Assembly: GCA_964440335.1 (NCBI GenBank)
Contig: CAYTSF010000002.1
Location: 1 to 43,229, forward strand
Reading direction: 5' to 3'
Length of the DNA: 43,229 bases
DNA from: an uncultured Leptospirales bacterium
GTDB taxonomy: Bacteria > Spirochaetota > UBA4802 > UBA5550
Part shown: one piece after another, positions 1-9,340 of the stretch
How the letters are laid out: the number at the start of each line of letters is the position of its first letter
Numbering within the stretch: position 1 is the stretch's first letter
Position numbers and translations under genes: made by a program
Notes under the pieces: generated by a model
Told to the model about the DNA's origin: nothing
The model's input: the letters and a program-made list of their open reading frames with translations, nothing else
The model's database searches: none

Positions 1-672
1 ATTATAAGTTCATGCCTCTCAAACCAGGGTATGACCATGGGCGGCCTTCTCTGTTTTATGATCGCCGGGGAAAAAGGACTGGCACTTGCATCTATATATA
101 TTATTTACTACCTGCCCTTTGTATTTACAATAATTTTTCCATACGCAAAGATTTCTGCAGCAGATCGTCAAAATCCTGACAGAAATGAATCCTTATTTTC
201 AATGAAACAGTTCATGACATTTTTTTTCAACTTTCAGAACATGCCCCTGGCAGGCATTCTGGTAGCTGTAATTTTACAGGTTTCAGGAATTAATCGTCCT
301 GCTATAAACTTCCCTCTTGAGTTTTTTCTTGCCGTGGCTATTGGCATATATTACCTGACTCTGGGGATTAATTTCAGGATAGGTGACCTTACATCCTTCA
401 TCCCCCAGCTTACTGTCATATCATTAACAAAATTTATTATAATACCCGCCATAACCTTTGCAGTCCTGCAATTTGTCAGCCTTGACAGCAATATTGAAAA
501 AATAATTTTTCTGCAGTCCTTTGCACCTGCGGCAATTTATTCTGTTATCAGTTCCATATTATTTGAGCTTGATTCGAGGATGTCTTCGGGGATTTTTGTC
601 ATGAATTCGCTGCTGTTTCTTTTTGGGGTTATGCCGCTGTTGATGATTTTCAGCAGGACCCAGGTTTTCTGA
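1..672 (+). CDS. AEC-family (auxin efflux carrier-type) membrane permease, C-terminal portion; 5' end lies outside the window
   Basis: The reading frame is open from base 1 into the listed Met at 31. The product is a run of hydrophobic helices resembling the C-terminal half of AEC/Mem_trans permeases. Confidence 0.5.
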   Translation: MISSCLSNQGMTMGGLLCFMIAGEKGLALASIYIIYYLPFVFTIIFPYAKISAADRQNPDRNESLFSMKQFMTFFFNFQNMPLAGILVAVILQVSGINRPAINFPLEFFLAVAIGIYYLTLGINFRIGDLTSFIPQLTVISLTKFIIIPAITFAVLQFVSLDSNIEKIIFLQSFAPAAIYSVISSILFELDSRMSSGIFVMNSLLFLFGVMPLLMIFSRTQVF

Positions 673-686
673 TGTCCTGCTGAATT

Positions 687-1880
687 TTACTTGCGGCCGT
701 AAAGCTCACATTTTCCGGTCATGAGAAATTTAACTCCCTCATCAAGACCATCCAGTGTAAGTTCAAACATGGGAAAAATGTCCCTGACCATCCTGATGGA
801 ATGAACATACTCCCACGACCTCTTTGGTAAAGGGTTTACCCAGATCACGTCCTTGAATTTGTCCTTGATTCTCTGCATCCATACAACACCTGGAGTGTCG
901 TTGTGATACCAGTAATCAATGGCGCCATTAACCCATGTTAGTTCTGACGGGGCCATTTCAGCATCACCTACAATGATGACCTTGTAATCGTTGTCTTCAC
1001 TCTTAATCATCTCCATGGTGGCAATGGACTGGTTTCTCTCCATGTCTGTCCAGAGGTCCTGGTAAAAGCAGTTGTGAAAGTAGAAGTGCTTGAATTTACT
1101 GATCTGGCATGAAGCTGCGGAAAAAAGGCGCTCAACAAGTTCTGCAAAGGGAGTCATCGAGCCGCCCACATCCATGATCAGCATTACCTTTGAACTTTTT
1201 TTCTCCTTTGTCTCCCATACAAGTTCTATCTCGCCAGCATTCCTGCATGTTTCATCTATCGTTTTTTTCAGGTCAAGCCTCTCACCGGTTCCAATGGGCA
1301 GCAGAGAACGCAAGTGCGACAGCGCGACCCGCATCTGTCTTGTATCGAGCGTAATATCGCTTGAGTAATTCCTGAACGTCCTCTTCTCTGCAATCTGCAC
1401 AGCCCTCTTGTGCCTGGACTCACCCTGCCCGATCCTTATACCTGCAGGATTGTATCCCCAGGCTCCCTGCGTGGAACGGCCGCCTGTGCCTATAGCCTTG
1501 TTGCCTCCAACATGTTCCTTGTAATGCCCCTGCTTCAGCTGCTCTTCGAAATTTTTCAGCACCTCGTCAAGATTCAGCTCATCGATCTGCCTCTTCTCCT
1601 CTTCGGTGAGGTGCAGTTCCTTCACCTTTTTCAGCCCCGCAAGAATTTCCTCAAGAAGCTCATCAGTTGTTTCAACTCCGCCGAATGTATCAAGAAAGGC
1701 CATGTCATACCTGTCAAAAAAGATCTCGTTCTTAACAAGTATTGCCCGGGCTATGCCGTAAAAGGAAGTAAGGCTGCTGTCGTTCAGGTTCATGGTCAGG
1801 GCATGGTGGAGGGTTATCCACTCATGAAGCGAAACCGGTACCCCTCTGGACTTCAGGTTAAAGAAAAAATTAATAAACAT
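687..1880 (-). CDS. VWA domain protein (CoxE/YehP-like partner of a MoxR ATPase)
   Basis: CoxE-like N-terminal region followed by a MIDAS-type motif (MDVGGSM). Overlaps the upstream MoxR gene by 11 nt. Confidence 0.75.
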   Translation of the reverse strand: MFINFFFNLKSRGVPVSLHEWITLHHALTMNLNDSSLTSFYGIARAILVKNEIFFDRYDMAFLDTFGGVETTDELLEEILAGLKKVKELHLTEEEKRQIDELNLDEVLKNFEEQLKQGHYKEHVGGNKAIGTGGRSTQGAWGYNPAGIRIGQGESRHKRAVQIAEKRTFRNYSSDITLDTRQMRVALSHLRSLLPIGTGERLDLKKTIDETCRNAGEIELVWETKEKKSSKVMLIMDVGGSMTPFAELVERLFSAASCQISKFKHFYFHNCFYQDLWTDMERNQSIATMEMIKSEDNDYKVIIVGDAEMAPSELTWVNGAIDYWYHNDTPGVVWMQRIKDKFKDVIWVNPLPKRSWEYVHSIRMVRDIFPMFELTLDGLDEGVKFLMTGKCELYGRK

Positions 1881-2724
1881 CCCTTGTCCTCATACTTGAA
1901 TTGTATGCGTAGTGGGTTTTGCCGGATTTCTCAACTATGTCTATGTCCTCTTTCTTCTTGAGCAGTGTGCCCAGGAACGGGATCTCCTTCTCAACATCCT
2001 TTTCGCTGATGCCGCCGAGAATCAGGGCCTGCAGCCAGTCGATAAGTTCACTGGTAGAGGGTTTCTTGCGCAGCATGTCGAATTCCCTGATCCAGTAAAA
2101 TTTTTTCAGCGCTTCACGCAGCAGCTTCTTTTCAATTTTGGGGAAGTGGACGTGAACAATCTCCTCCATGAGCTCCTGTTCAGGGAATTCAATGTAGTGG
2201 AACACGCACCTTCTCAGGAATGGATCGGGAAGTTCCTTTTCACTGTTTGATGTTATAATTACTATTGGCCTATTCTTAGCCTTTATGTTCTCTTTTGTTT
2301 CGGGGATGTAAAAACTCATCTCGTCAATCTCGTTGAGAAGGTCATTGGGAAACTCTATATCTGCCTTGTCAATCTCGTCTATGAGAAGTACAAGCTGTTC
2401 ATCAGAAGCAAATGACTCACCAAGTTTACCGAGTTTAATGTATTGTTTTATGTCGGAGATGTCATTATCGCCAAACCTGGCATCGTTAAGCCTCTGTACA
2501 GTATCATAAAGGTAAAGTCCCTCCTGGGCCTTTGTCGTGGATTTTATATTCCATACAATCAGCTTCTTACCAAGACCCTTGGCAATCGCATGAGCAAGAA
2601 GTGTTTTACCAGTACCTGGCTCACCCTTTACTATAAGCGGCCTTTTCAGAGCAATTGAAACATTGACATTATCTTTCAGTTCTTTTGATATCACATACTC
2701 ATCTGTGCCTTTAAAATAATCCAT
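1870..2724 (-). CDS. MoxR-family AAA+ ATPase
   Basis: Walker A GEPGTGKT and Walker B LLIDEIDK in a single AAA+ module of ~284 aa. Coupled to the downstream VWA gene. Confidence 0.85.
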   Translation of the reverse strand: MDYFKGTDEYVISKELKDNVNVSIALKRPLIVKGEPGTGKTLLAHAIAKGLGKKLIVWNIKSTTKAQEGLYLYDTVQRLNDARFGDNDISDIKQYIKLGKLGESFASDEQLVLLIDEIDKADIEFPNDLLNEIDEMSFYIPETKENIKAKNRPIVIITSNSEKELPDPFLRRCVFHYIEFPEQELMEEIVHVHFPKIEKKLLREALKKFYWIREFDMLRKKPSTSELIDWLQALILGGISEKDVEKEIPFLGTLLKKKEDIDIVEKSGKTHYAYNSSMRTRDVY

Positions 2725-2839
2725 ATGTCCGTCCTGTTTGTTTTCTTATTTTATTACTGAATTCACAAAAATTACTGTTAAATACCACTTCTATCCGGTA
2801 TCTATTAATGGCAAGTAATTAATTGGGTCAAAACCTGCT

Positions 2840-3286
2840 TCAGCACCTTTGCATCTCTTTGATTCCATTGAGTTTATCAATAAATGCGGCCGGTACATTT
2901 ACAGTTTTTTTCTCCCTGAAAGAAAATGTCACAAAACCTGTTTCTGCAAGGCCTGCTAATTTTTCGTTTTTCAAAATCCTGTAAAAAACCCTGTAACCCT
3001 TCCCGTCAATCTCAGCGATATCCATTTCAACTGAGATGTAGTCATCAAGGAATATCTCTCCTTTAAAATTAATTACAATATCTGCCATGATACTACCTGT
3101 TACACCATCACCAAGATTCAGGTCACTGAAACCCATGCTTTTCAGCATCCTGTACCTGGCCTCCTGTATAAGATCTGTCATTTCAACACTGCCAGTATGT
3201 CCTGCAATATTAATATTTGACAGATGTATCAACTGCTCATATCTGAACCTGTACTTCTCAAGTTCCGTAAGTTTTATTCTTGGCAT
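2840..3286 (-). CDS. hotdog-fold (4HBT-like) acyl-CoA thioesterase-like protein
   Basis: Size and sequence pattern are typical of 4HBT thioesterases. Start moved to the internal ATG (MPRIK...), which is preceded by AAGGAG. Confidence 0.5.
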   Translation of the reverse strand: MPRIKLTELEKYRFRYEQLIHLSNINIAGHTGSVEMTDLIQEARYRMLKSMGFSDLNLGDGVTGSIMADIVINFKGEIFLDDYISVEMDIAEIDGKGYRVFYRILKNEKLAGLAETGFVTFSFREKKTVNVPAAFIDKLNGIKEMQRC

Positions 3287-3582
3287 GATTTTTCTCCTTA
3301 TAAACACACATAAAAACCAATCATAGATTTACATCAAGAAATTTACCATTTTATAAAATAACTTTTTATTCCACACATATCATGGATACACAAATAGTTA
3401 CACATTCTCCACTTGACTGCGGAGAACTGAGAATAATATCACTTCTGAAATACCAGTTGTTTATAGATATAACTCATGTTTGTATTTTGTTTTTTAATAA
3501 AAAATATTATTGAATATTACCCGGTTTGTTTTCTATATTTAAATCAATTTATCACATCAGTTATAATCCGGAGAATAATTTT

Positions 3583-4389
3583 ATGAAAAAACACTTTTTA
3601 AAACTTTTAACTGTATTTATCATGTTTGCTATTTTTTTTCAAGGTTGCGGACCTGACAAATCCAGTGATAATTCCCTTAAAAAAATCAAAAACAAAGGAT
3701 TCTTCGTTGTTGGTCTTGGCGACCAGTTTCCCCCCATGGCTTTTCGCAGCCCGGATAAAAATGATGTAATCGGTTTTGATATTGACCTTGCAAAAGAAAC
3801 AGCAAAGAGGCTTGGTCTTAAAGTACAATTCAAAACAATCGTTTGGGATAATCTTATAACCAGCCTTGATAGCGGGGAAGTTGATGTAATCTGGTCAGGG
3901 TGTACAATTACTGAGGAAAGAGAAAAAAGTATTATTTTTACAAAGGCATATCTTAACAACAGGCAGATTATTGTTGTAAGAAATGACAACACAATAAAAA
4001 TTCAGTCAGATCTTAAAAACAAGACAATAGGCCTTCTCCGTGGAAGCAGTAGTGAAAACGCTCTGGCATCCAACAAATCTCTGGCAAAAGAGATTAAAGA
4101 TATAAAAAAATTTGATAATAACAACCTGGCCCTTATAGATCTTGAAGCGAAACGTGTTGATGCTGTTGTCATGGATATAATAATGGCACGGTGGTTTATG
4201 GCTTCCAAACCGGGTGTATTTAAAATTCTTGATGACGAACTTGGCAGTGAGTTATACGGAGTAGCGTTACGTAAGACTGATATTACATTTAAAAATGAAC
4301 TGGATCGTGTCATAGATGAAATAAAAAATGACCAGTCTGGCGATGAAATTTCAAAAAAATGGTTTGGTACAAATATACTTCTTAAATGA
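3583..4389 (+). CDS. amino-acid ABC transporter substrate-binding lipoprotein (SBP family 3)
   Basis: Signal peptide with lipobox FFQGC and a PBPb-like core (WDNLITSLDSGEVDVIWSG). Start at ATG 3583 after GGAG. Confidence 0.8.
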   Translation: MKKHFLKLLTVFIMFAIFFQGCGPDKSSDNSLKKIKNKGFFVVGLGDQFPPMAFRSPDKNDVIGFDIDLAKETAKRLGLKVQFKTIVWDNLITSLDSGEVDVIWSGCTITEEREKSIIFTKAYLNNRQIIVVRNDNTIKIQSDLKNKTIGLLRGSSSENALASNKSLAKEIKDIKKFDNNNLALIDLEAKRVDAVVMDIIMARWFMASKPGVFKILDDELGSELYGVALRKTDITFKNELDRVIDEIKNDQSGDEISKKWFGTNILLK

Positions 4390-4452
4390 TTACACGTTAT
4401 ACTCGAACATTATCAATACACTCTTCAATTACAACCCTTTATAAAATTATTG

Positions 4453-4489
4453 ATTGTTCTCATCCCCTTTATAGCGGGATGGGAACAAT
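4453..4489 (+). terminator. stable stem-loop 3' of the SBP gene, with no U-tract
   Basis: 14-bp stem (ATTGTTCTCATCCC / GGGATGGGAACAAT) including one G-U that pairs only in plus-strand RNA, with a 9-nt loop. Lies 63 nt after the stop codon. Confidence 0.3.
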
Positions 4490-4627
4490 AGTCAGTGTTG
4501 AAAACCAGTTTCTGACTGGTATAAAAGGACATATTATTGGATTCATAAAAAAAGCTTCCTGAACTTAAAATCCGCTCTAATACGTCCATAAGGGTTTTTC
4601 TTAATGCAAATTAAGACTTTCCCCTGA

Positions 4628-4655
4628 TTGACTTTTTTTTAATCTGGTGTATATT
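4628..4655 (+). promoter_or_regulatory. sigma70-type promoter candidate, TTGACT-16 nt-TATATT
   Basis: Near-consensus -35 and -10 hexamers read directly in an ORF-free spacer. Confidence 0.45.
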
Positions 4656-4698
4656 ACTTTTACCATTTAAGTTGTATCATATTCATGATTTTCTCTCA

Positions 4699-4723
4699 CC
4701 CCCAATTTTTTTGGGGGTTTTTT
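4699..4723 (+). terminator. rho-independent terminator
   Basis: CCCCCAA-TTTTT-TTGGGGG hairpin followed directly by T6. The minus strand has no U-tract. Confidence 0.7.
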
Positions 4724-4760
4724 GTCTTGTAATATTACTTCAAAAATCATCCTATACTAT

Positions 4761-5168
4761 ATGATAAAAAAAGCAGGCATACTTTTTTCTTTATTATTTC
4801 TTTTATCATGCAGGAGTAGTAATGAGCAGCTGGTAAATGAAGGCTTCCAGGGAGAAATTCTCTATGTCTATATTTATGAATTTATCCCGGATCACTATAA
4901 TTACAAAATAGAAAAGCTCCAGTCTTTGATCTCCGAACGCCTGAATGACAGAGCATTCCGCATACTAGCCTGTTATGTCTCTTTACATCTGAACCGTGAT
5001 AAAGTCTCCGGCAGCACTGACGAAATACTTAACAAAACTGTTCAACAGATACTTTCAGAAAGACATTTAATTAGAAGTGACTGCTACGATAATGGTTACT
5101 GCGATGCTTTTGCGGAGTATAATGTAAAAAAACTCTTCGATGAAATTGATGTAATCAACAACAGATGA
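4761..5168 (+). CDS. hypothetical lipoprotein
   Basis: The internal ATG gives MIKKAGILFSLLFLLSC (signal peptide plus lipobox). No recognisable domain. Confidence 0.55.
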   Translation: MIKKAGILFSLLFLLSCRSSNEQLVNEGFQGEILYVYIYEFIPDHYNYKIEKLQSLISERLNDRAFRILACYVSLHLNRDKVSGSTDEILNKTVQQILSERHLIRSDCYDNGYCDAFAEYNVKKLFDEIDVINNR

Positions 5169-6308
5169 TTACCTGATGAATCTTCCGACGACTCCCTTCT
5201 TGAGCTTAATTGCATTCTCAGGACAAATCTCCATACAGCAGTAACACCTGATGCATTTATTATAATCGAACGAAGGGATTCTGCTGTTTATGCTTTTTGA
5301 AATTGCACCTGCCGGGCATATCGTTTTACACTGATAACATAAAGTGCATTTTTCTTCCTGAGGAAAAGGCTTTTCAACAAGAAGATTTTTTAAAAGGGGG
5401 GATTTCATGGGCCAGGTTGTCATTGCCGATTTTTGTTCAGGCTCCAGAAACATGTTATTGAAAGACTCAATTTTATCCCCGGTAATAGTTATCCGGTTTA
5501 AATCTGCAACACCGTATCCCCTCTTCTGGCCTTCCAGACAGGTCAGCACCTTGTCTGACTTCAGTCCAGCGACTGCCACTGTCACAGAATCTACTGCTAT
5601 TGCATCTACACCACCAATTAAAGCATTGGCCATCTTCGGGCGTCCGCCTGCACCAGGGCCTTCACCTTCAAGTCCGAGAATCCCGTCCATTATGGTGATC
5701 ATTTTTTTATTCAAACCATCCTGAAAGGCACCATAGAGATCCAGGAGGAAAGAAGTAAAATCCGACTTATTATTTGCCCTGAAATGCCACTTTGATTTTT
5801 CAAGCCCGTCAATAGTTCCGAACAGGTTTTTGACTGAGCCTGTAAAATATGTAAGACCGTGTGTTTTTAATTTGGGGAGGTTTACGATAATGTCACATTC
5901 TGATAATTCTGCCGCGACCTTGAAGGATTTGAATTTTAAACCTTTACTATTATGGATAGCAACGGTTTGTTTTGTATCTGCAATCCTTAAATTTTCCCTT
6001 GCAAGTATCTCGCCGATACCGGTTTTTTTTAATACACGATCAAGAGGGTGAAATGCCGGTGATTCTACCAGAACAGGTAGCCCCCCTAATTTTTTTATTA
6101 TACGGATTACCGATTGAATAATTATCGGGTGAGTTACAATTCCGCTTTCAGGCAGGGACGACGTAAGAAGGTTTGGTTTGATAACTACTTTTTTATCAGC
6201 AAAAAGTTCTTTTTCAAAACCATGTTCATGAAATATCTGTTCAATATTTTTCTCAATTACATTAGGATCGTATGATTCTGTTTTTATGAGAGTTACTTTG
6301 CTTTTCAT
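5169..6308 (-). CDS. DUF362 domain protein with C-terminal 2x[4Fe-4S] ferredoxin domain
   Basis: DUF362-like N-terminus (VVIKPNLL...) and two CxxCxxCxxxCP motifs (CTLCYQCKTICP, CIRCYCCMEICP). Confidence 0.8.
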   Translation of the reverse strand: MKSKVTLIKTESYDPNVIEKNIEQIFHEHGFEKELFADKKVVIKPNLLTSSLPESGIVTHPIIIQSVIRIIKKLGGLPVLVESPAFHPLDRVLKKTGIGEILARENLRIADTKQTVAIHNSKGLKFKSFKVAAELSECDIIVNLPKLKTHGLTYFTGSVKNLFGTIDGLEKSKWHFRANNKSDFTSFLLDLYGAFQDGLNKKMITIMDGILGLEGEGPGAGGRPKMANALIGGVDAIAVDSVTVAVAGLKSDKVLTCLEGQKRGYGVADLNRITITGDKIESFNNMFLEPEQKSAMTTWPMKSPLLKNLLVEKPFPQEEKCTLCYQCKTICPAGAISKSINSRIPSFDYNKCIRCYCCMEICPENAIKLKKGVVGRFIR

Positions 6309-6320
6309 TTTACTATCATA

Positions 6321-7190
6321 TCAATGTACTGTGTCATTCCCGCCTGGATAATAATGTCTTCTTGCCCATTCGAGTTTGTTTTTTTCATCAGCAGTAAGTG
6401 AACTCATTCCAGAACGTGCAATCTTACCTAATAGTTCATCAATGATTTTCTTTGCCTCGATTCTGTCATCAATCTCTTTTCTTTTTTTCTTCAGGCGTTT
6501 CTTTTTCCTTAATTTATCAAAGAACGAAATCTTCTCAGTTTTTTTTACTGACTTTGTCATATATTTTTTCATCAGAAAAAATCCCGCAACCAGTCCGCCC
6601 ACATGGCCTATATGGCTGATGTTGCCCCCTTTACCTGCAGCTGTCGATAGAGTTCCAAAAAATTCCATCAAGCCAAAAGCCAGCAGCAGATATTTAATCT
6701 TTACAGGAATCAGAAAATAGAGCAGAACCTCCCTGTTCGGCCACAACATTGCATACCCGATCAACACAGCATAGAGCGCCCCGGATGCTCCGATTGTAAC
6801 AGAAGAACTTCCATAATTCAAAAAGACATAGTAATTCATCAGCGCAATGAAAAGTCCTGCCCCGAGACCTGAGAGAATATAATACTTGAGGAACCTGCTT
6901 TCGCCGAGAAAATTTTCCAGTTCACCTGCAAACATCCACAAGCCGAGAAGATTAAAAAAAATGTGAAGCCACCCTGCGTGAAAGAACATATAAGTAAATG
7001 GCTGCCATAACATAAAATTTTGCGCAAAGCCTTCATGGCTCAAACCAAAAATAACATCAATAATCCGCCCATCTGTTACCAGACCCGCAATCTCTTGTAT
7101 TAAAAAAATCGACCCGTTTAGGATAAGCAGTTTTTTTACACCCGGGGTCAAAGGCCCGCCAAATCTTATACTGACATTTCTCTGATACAT
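6321..7190 (-). CDS. rhomboid-family intramembrane serine protease
   Basis: HxxxN (HIFFNLLG), GxSGA (GASGALYA) and a downstream catalytic His helix (HIGHVGG), plus a Lys-rich cytoplasmic tail. Confidence 0.85.
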   Translation of the reverse strand: MYQRNVSIRFGGPLTPGVKKLLILNGSIFLIQEIAGLVTDGRIIDVIFGLSHEGFAQNFMLWQPFTYMFFHAGWLHIFFNLLGLWMFAGELENFLGESRFLKYYILSGLGAGLFIALMNYYVFLNYGSSSVTIGASGALYAVLIGYAMLWPNREVLLYFLIPVKIKYLLLAFGLMEFFGTLSTAAGKGGNISHIGHVGGLVAGFFLMKKYMTKSVKKTEKISFFDKLRKKKRLKKKRKEIDDRIEAKKIIDELLGKIARSGMSSLTADEKNKLEWARRHYYPGGNDTVH

Positions 7191-8830
7191 CAGGATATCC
7201 CTTCCGGATTTTCATTTTTTTCAGAAAACTTCATGCGAATTTTATTAAACTCTTCTCCGTTCTTCATAAAAAGGTTAATAAGTGCCGGGTCGAATTTTCC
7301 AGTCTCCTGGCTCATAATTTTCACTGCTTCTTCATGACTTAATGCTTCTTTGTAAGGTCGCTTAGATGTGAGCGCATCATATACATCTACAATTGCAACT
7401 ACCCTTGCACTAAGAGGTATATCTTCACCTTTTAAACCTTTGGGATAACCCTTCCCATCCCACCTTTCATGATGAAACAGAATGATGTCCATTGCCATGT
7501 TCAGGAAGAAATCTGTTCCCATTTCTCCCGATGCATTCCTGAGAGCATCGTATCCAATGTTTGTATGCTTCTTCATAACCTCAAATTCATCATATGTAAG
7601 GCTGCTTTTTTTCAGAAGTATATAATCGGGAATTCCTACCTTTCCAATATCGTGTAATACCGAAGAATCATAGAGGTCCCTTAAAAGCCTCTCGCTGATC
7701 TCCATATGATCCTCCTGGTATTTATACAGCTGCATCAGGAGAACCGAGTAATTCCTGATGCGCTCAAGGTGATCGCCGGTTTCGCTGTCCCTTGCATCAG
7801 CAAGACTGCTGAGCGCAAATATTGTAGTACGCTGAGTTTTGAGCACCTCCTCGGTTCTCTGACTTACAAGCTTTTCAAGGTTCCTGGAATGGTTTTCGAT
7901 TTCTTTCATCAATTCCGCCCTTTGCACGCTGAGCGCGATCTGACCGGCAATTGATTTAACAAATGTTATATGATGGTTTTTGAAAGCTCCCCGGATTCCT
8001 GACAGGAAAAATATTATTCCCCTGGCCTGATCCTTTAACAACAGGGATACTGCAAGCACTGAATTAATACCATTGCTATACATATCCCTGTATACATCAT
8101 GCACTTCCTTTTCCTCAATGTACTGTCCAAGATTATTGATATTAAGAATATTCTGTTCTTTGTTAAGAAGAATATTCATTGTCAACTGAGAAGCAACATA
8201 TCTGTCGCCTTTACGGATAAGGTTATGGTAAATTCCCTGGTTGAATACCGCATTCTCTACGGTAAGGAATGTGTTGGTATCATTTAATAAAGTCAGCACC
8301 ATTCCATCAAACGGAATGACCCTTTTAAGGGAGACATTCAACATGTTAAAAATTTCATCGGTACTTTTACCGCTGTTCAACATAGAGATTATCTCATTGT
8401 TTTTTTCAAGTTCGGCAAGGTGCCTTTCCTTGTCTTCACGCAGCCGTTTACTCTCAACAGCCCTTTTGATGGAATATTCAAGAATATTAAGGTCCTCAAT
8501 CGGTTTATAGAGGAAATCATAAGCGCCGGCTTTCAGAGCAGCTATTATATCATCGTTGGTACCATGACCTGTCAGAACAATTTTAGGAATCATGGAATAA
8601 TCATGAGACATGTGTTCCAGTAGCTCACGCCCCCCCAGTCTTGGCATCTGAAGATCAGTCAGGACAAGATCATACTTGAAGGATCCGAGCATCGAAAGCG
8701 CCCCTTCACCATCTTCTGCTGTGTCTACGTAGTAACCTATACCTACCAGAAATTTTTTTAAAATTTTCCTGACAAGTTCGTCATCATCAACAACAAGTAT
8801 ACTATGGCCGTTATTATTTTCCATATTCAT
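7190..8830 (-). CDS. response regulator: REC + GAF-like + HD-GYP domain (c-di-GMP phosphodiesterase type)
   Basis: REC (ILVVDDDE...TDLQMP), HDIGKVGIP and HHERWDGKGYP motifs. Its stop overlaps the rhomboid start by 1 nt (TGATG). Confidence 0.85.
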   Translation of the reverse strand: MNMENNNGHSILVVDDDELVRKILKKFLVGIGYYVDTAEDGEGALSMLGSFKYDLVLTDLQMPRLGGRELLEHMSHDYSMIPKIVLTGHGTNDDIIAALKAGAYDFLYKPIEDLNILEYSIKRAVESKRLREDKERHLAELEKNNEIISMLNSGKSTDEIFNMLNVSLKRVIPFDGMVLTLLNDTNTFLTVENAVFNQGIYHNLIRKGDRYVASQLTMNILLNKEQNILNINNLGQYIEEKEVHDVYRDMYSNGINSVLAVSLLLKDQARGIIFFLSGIRGAFKNHHITFVKSIAGQIALSVQRAELMKEIENHSRNLEKLVSQRTEEVLKTQRTTIFALSSLADARDSETGDHLERIRNYSVLLMQLYKYQEDHMEISERLLRDLYDSSVLHDIGKVGIPDYILLKKSSLTYDEFEVMKKHTNIGYDALRNASGEMGTDFFLNMAMDIILFHHERWDGKGYPKGLKGEDIPLSARVVAIVDVYDALTSKRPYKEALSHEEAVKIMSQETGKFDPALINLFMKNGEEFNKIRMKFSEKNENPEGIS

Positions 8831-9340
8831 CTTTACAGTTATTCCAAATATTTAATTGTGAAACAGAAATTGAAGTCAAGAAGTTTTATCTTACATAACT
8901 ATGATACATTTTTCAGGAAACCATATTTTTTTGAAACGCATCATCTTCTCAAATCTGTTTAATATCCTATCAAACCAATCCTCGCGGAATAATTTTATTA
9001 CCTTCCTTACTATACTGAACAGTATTTGAATGTCACATATGATATTCCGCATATTCTATATGCTTACTTTTAAATACCGGTTTTACAAAAAAATGTTTAA
9101 ATATTATATTATCAAGGTTTGATTTAATCACAGCCCCTAAATTTTCTCTTCCTGTTTTGTTATAACAGTTATCCTTTTTTAATAACTCCGAAATTGAATA
9201 TAATAAAAAAGTAACTGTTCTTATGACATTTAATGTAAATGAACGTAATTAATTTAACCGACACTTATAATGCTCAGGAATTTTTCTTGCTCATAAACAG
9301 CATTAATTTTTATTAATCCCTTATTCTCTGGAGATAATAA

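Noticed and set aside
1090-1961. Plus-strand ORFs 1090..1368 and 1410..1961 opposite the VWA and MoxR genes. The same applies to other antisense ORFs such as 24293..24766, 31588..31917 and 37724..38326.
   Set aside because: They lie entirely antisense to genes with strong motif support. Their translations are low-complexity (Ser/Leu/Pro-rich) with no motifs or ribosome-binding sites, as expected for shadow ORFs.
4186-4204. Sigma-54-like element TGGCACGGTGGTTTATG inside the 3' end of the SBP gene.
   Set aside because: The -12 element reads TTTA instead of TTGC. The site is intragenic, and no enhancer-binding-protein gene is nearby.
8831-9340. 510-bp AT-rich ORF-free spacer upstream of mnmG, considered as a replication origin because gidA/gidB often flank oriC.
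   Set aside because: I found no TTATCCACA/TGTGGATAA boxes, even allowing one mismatch, and no obvious 13-mer-like AT repeats. dnaA and dnaN are not adjacent.
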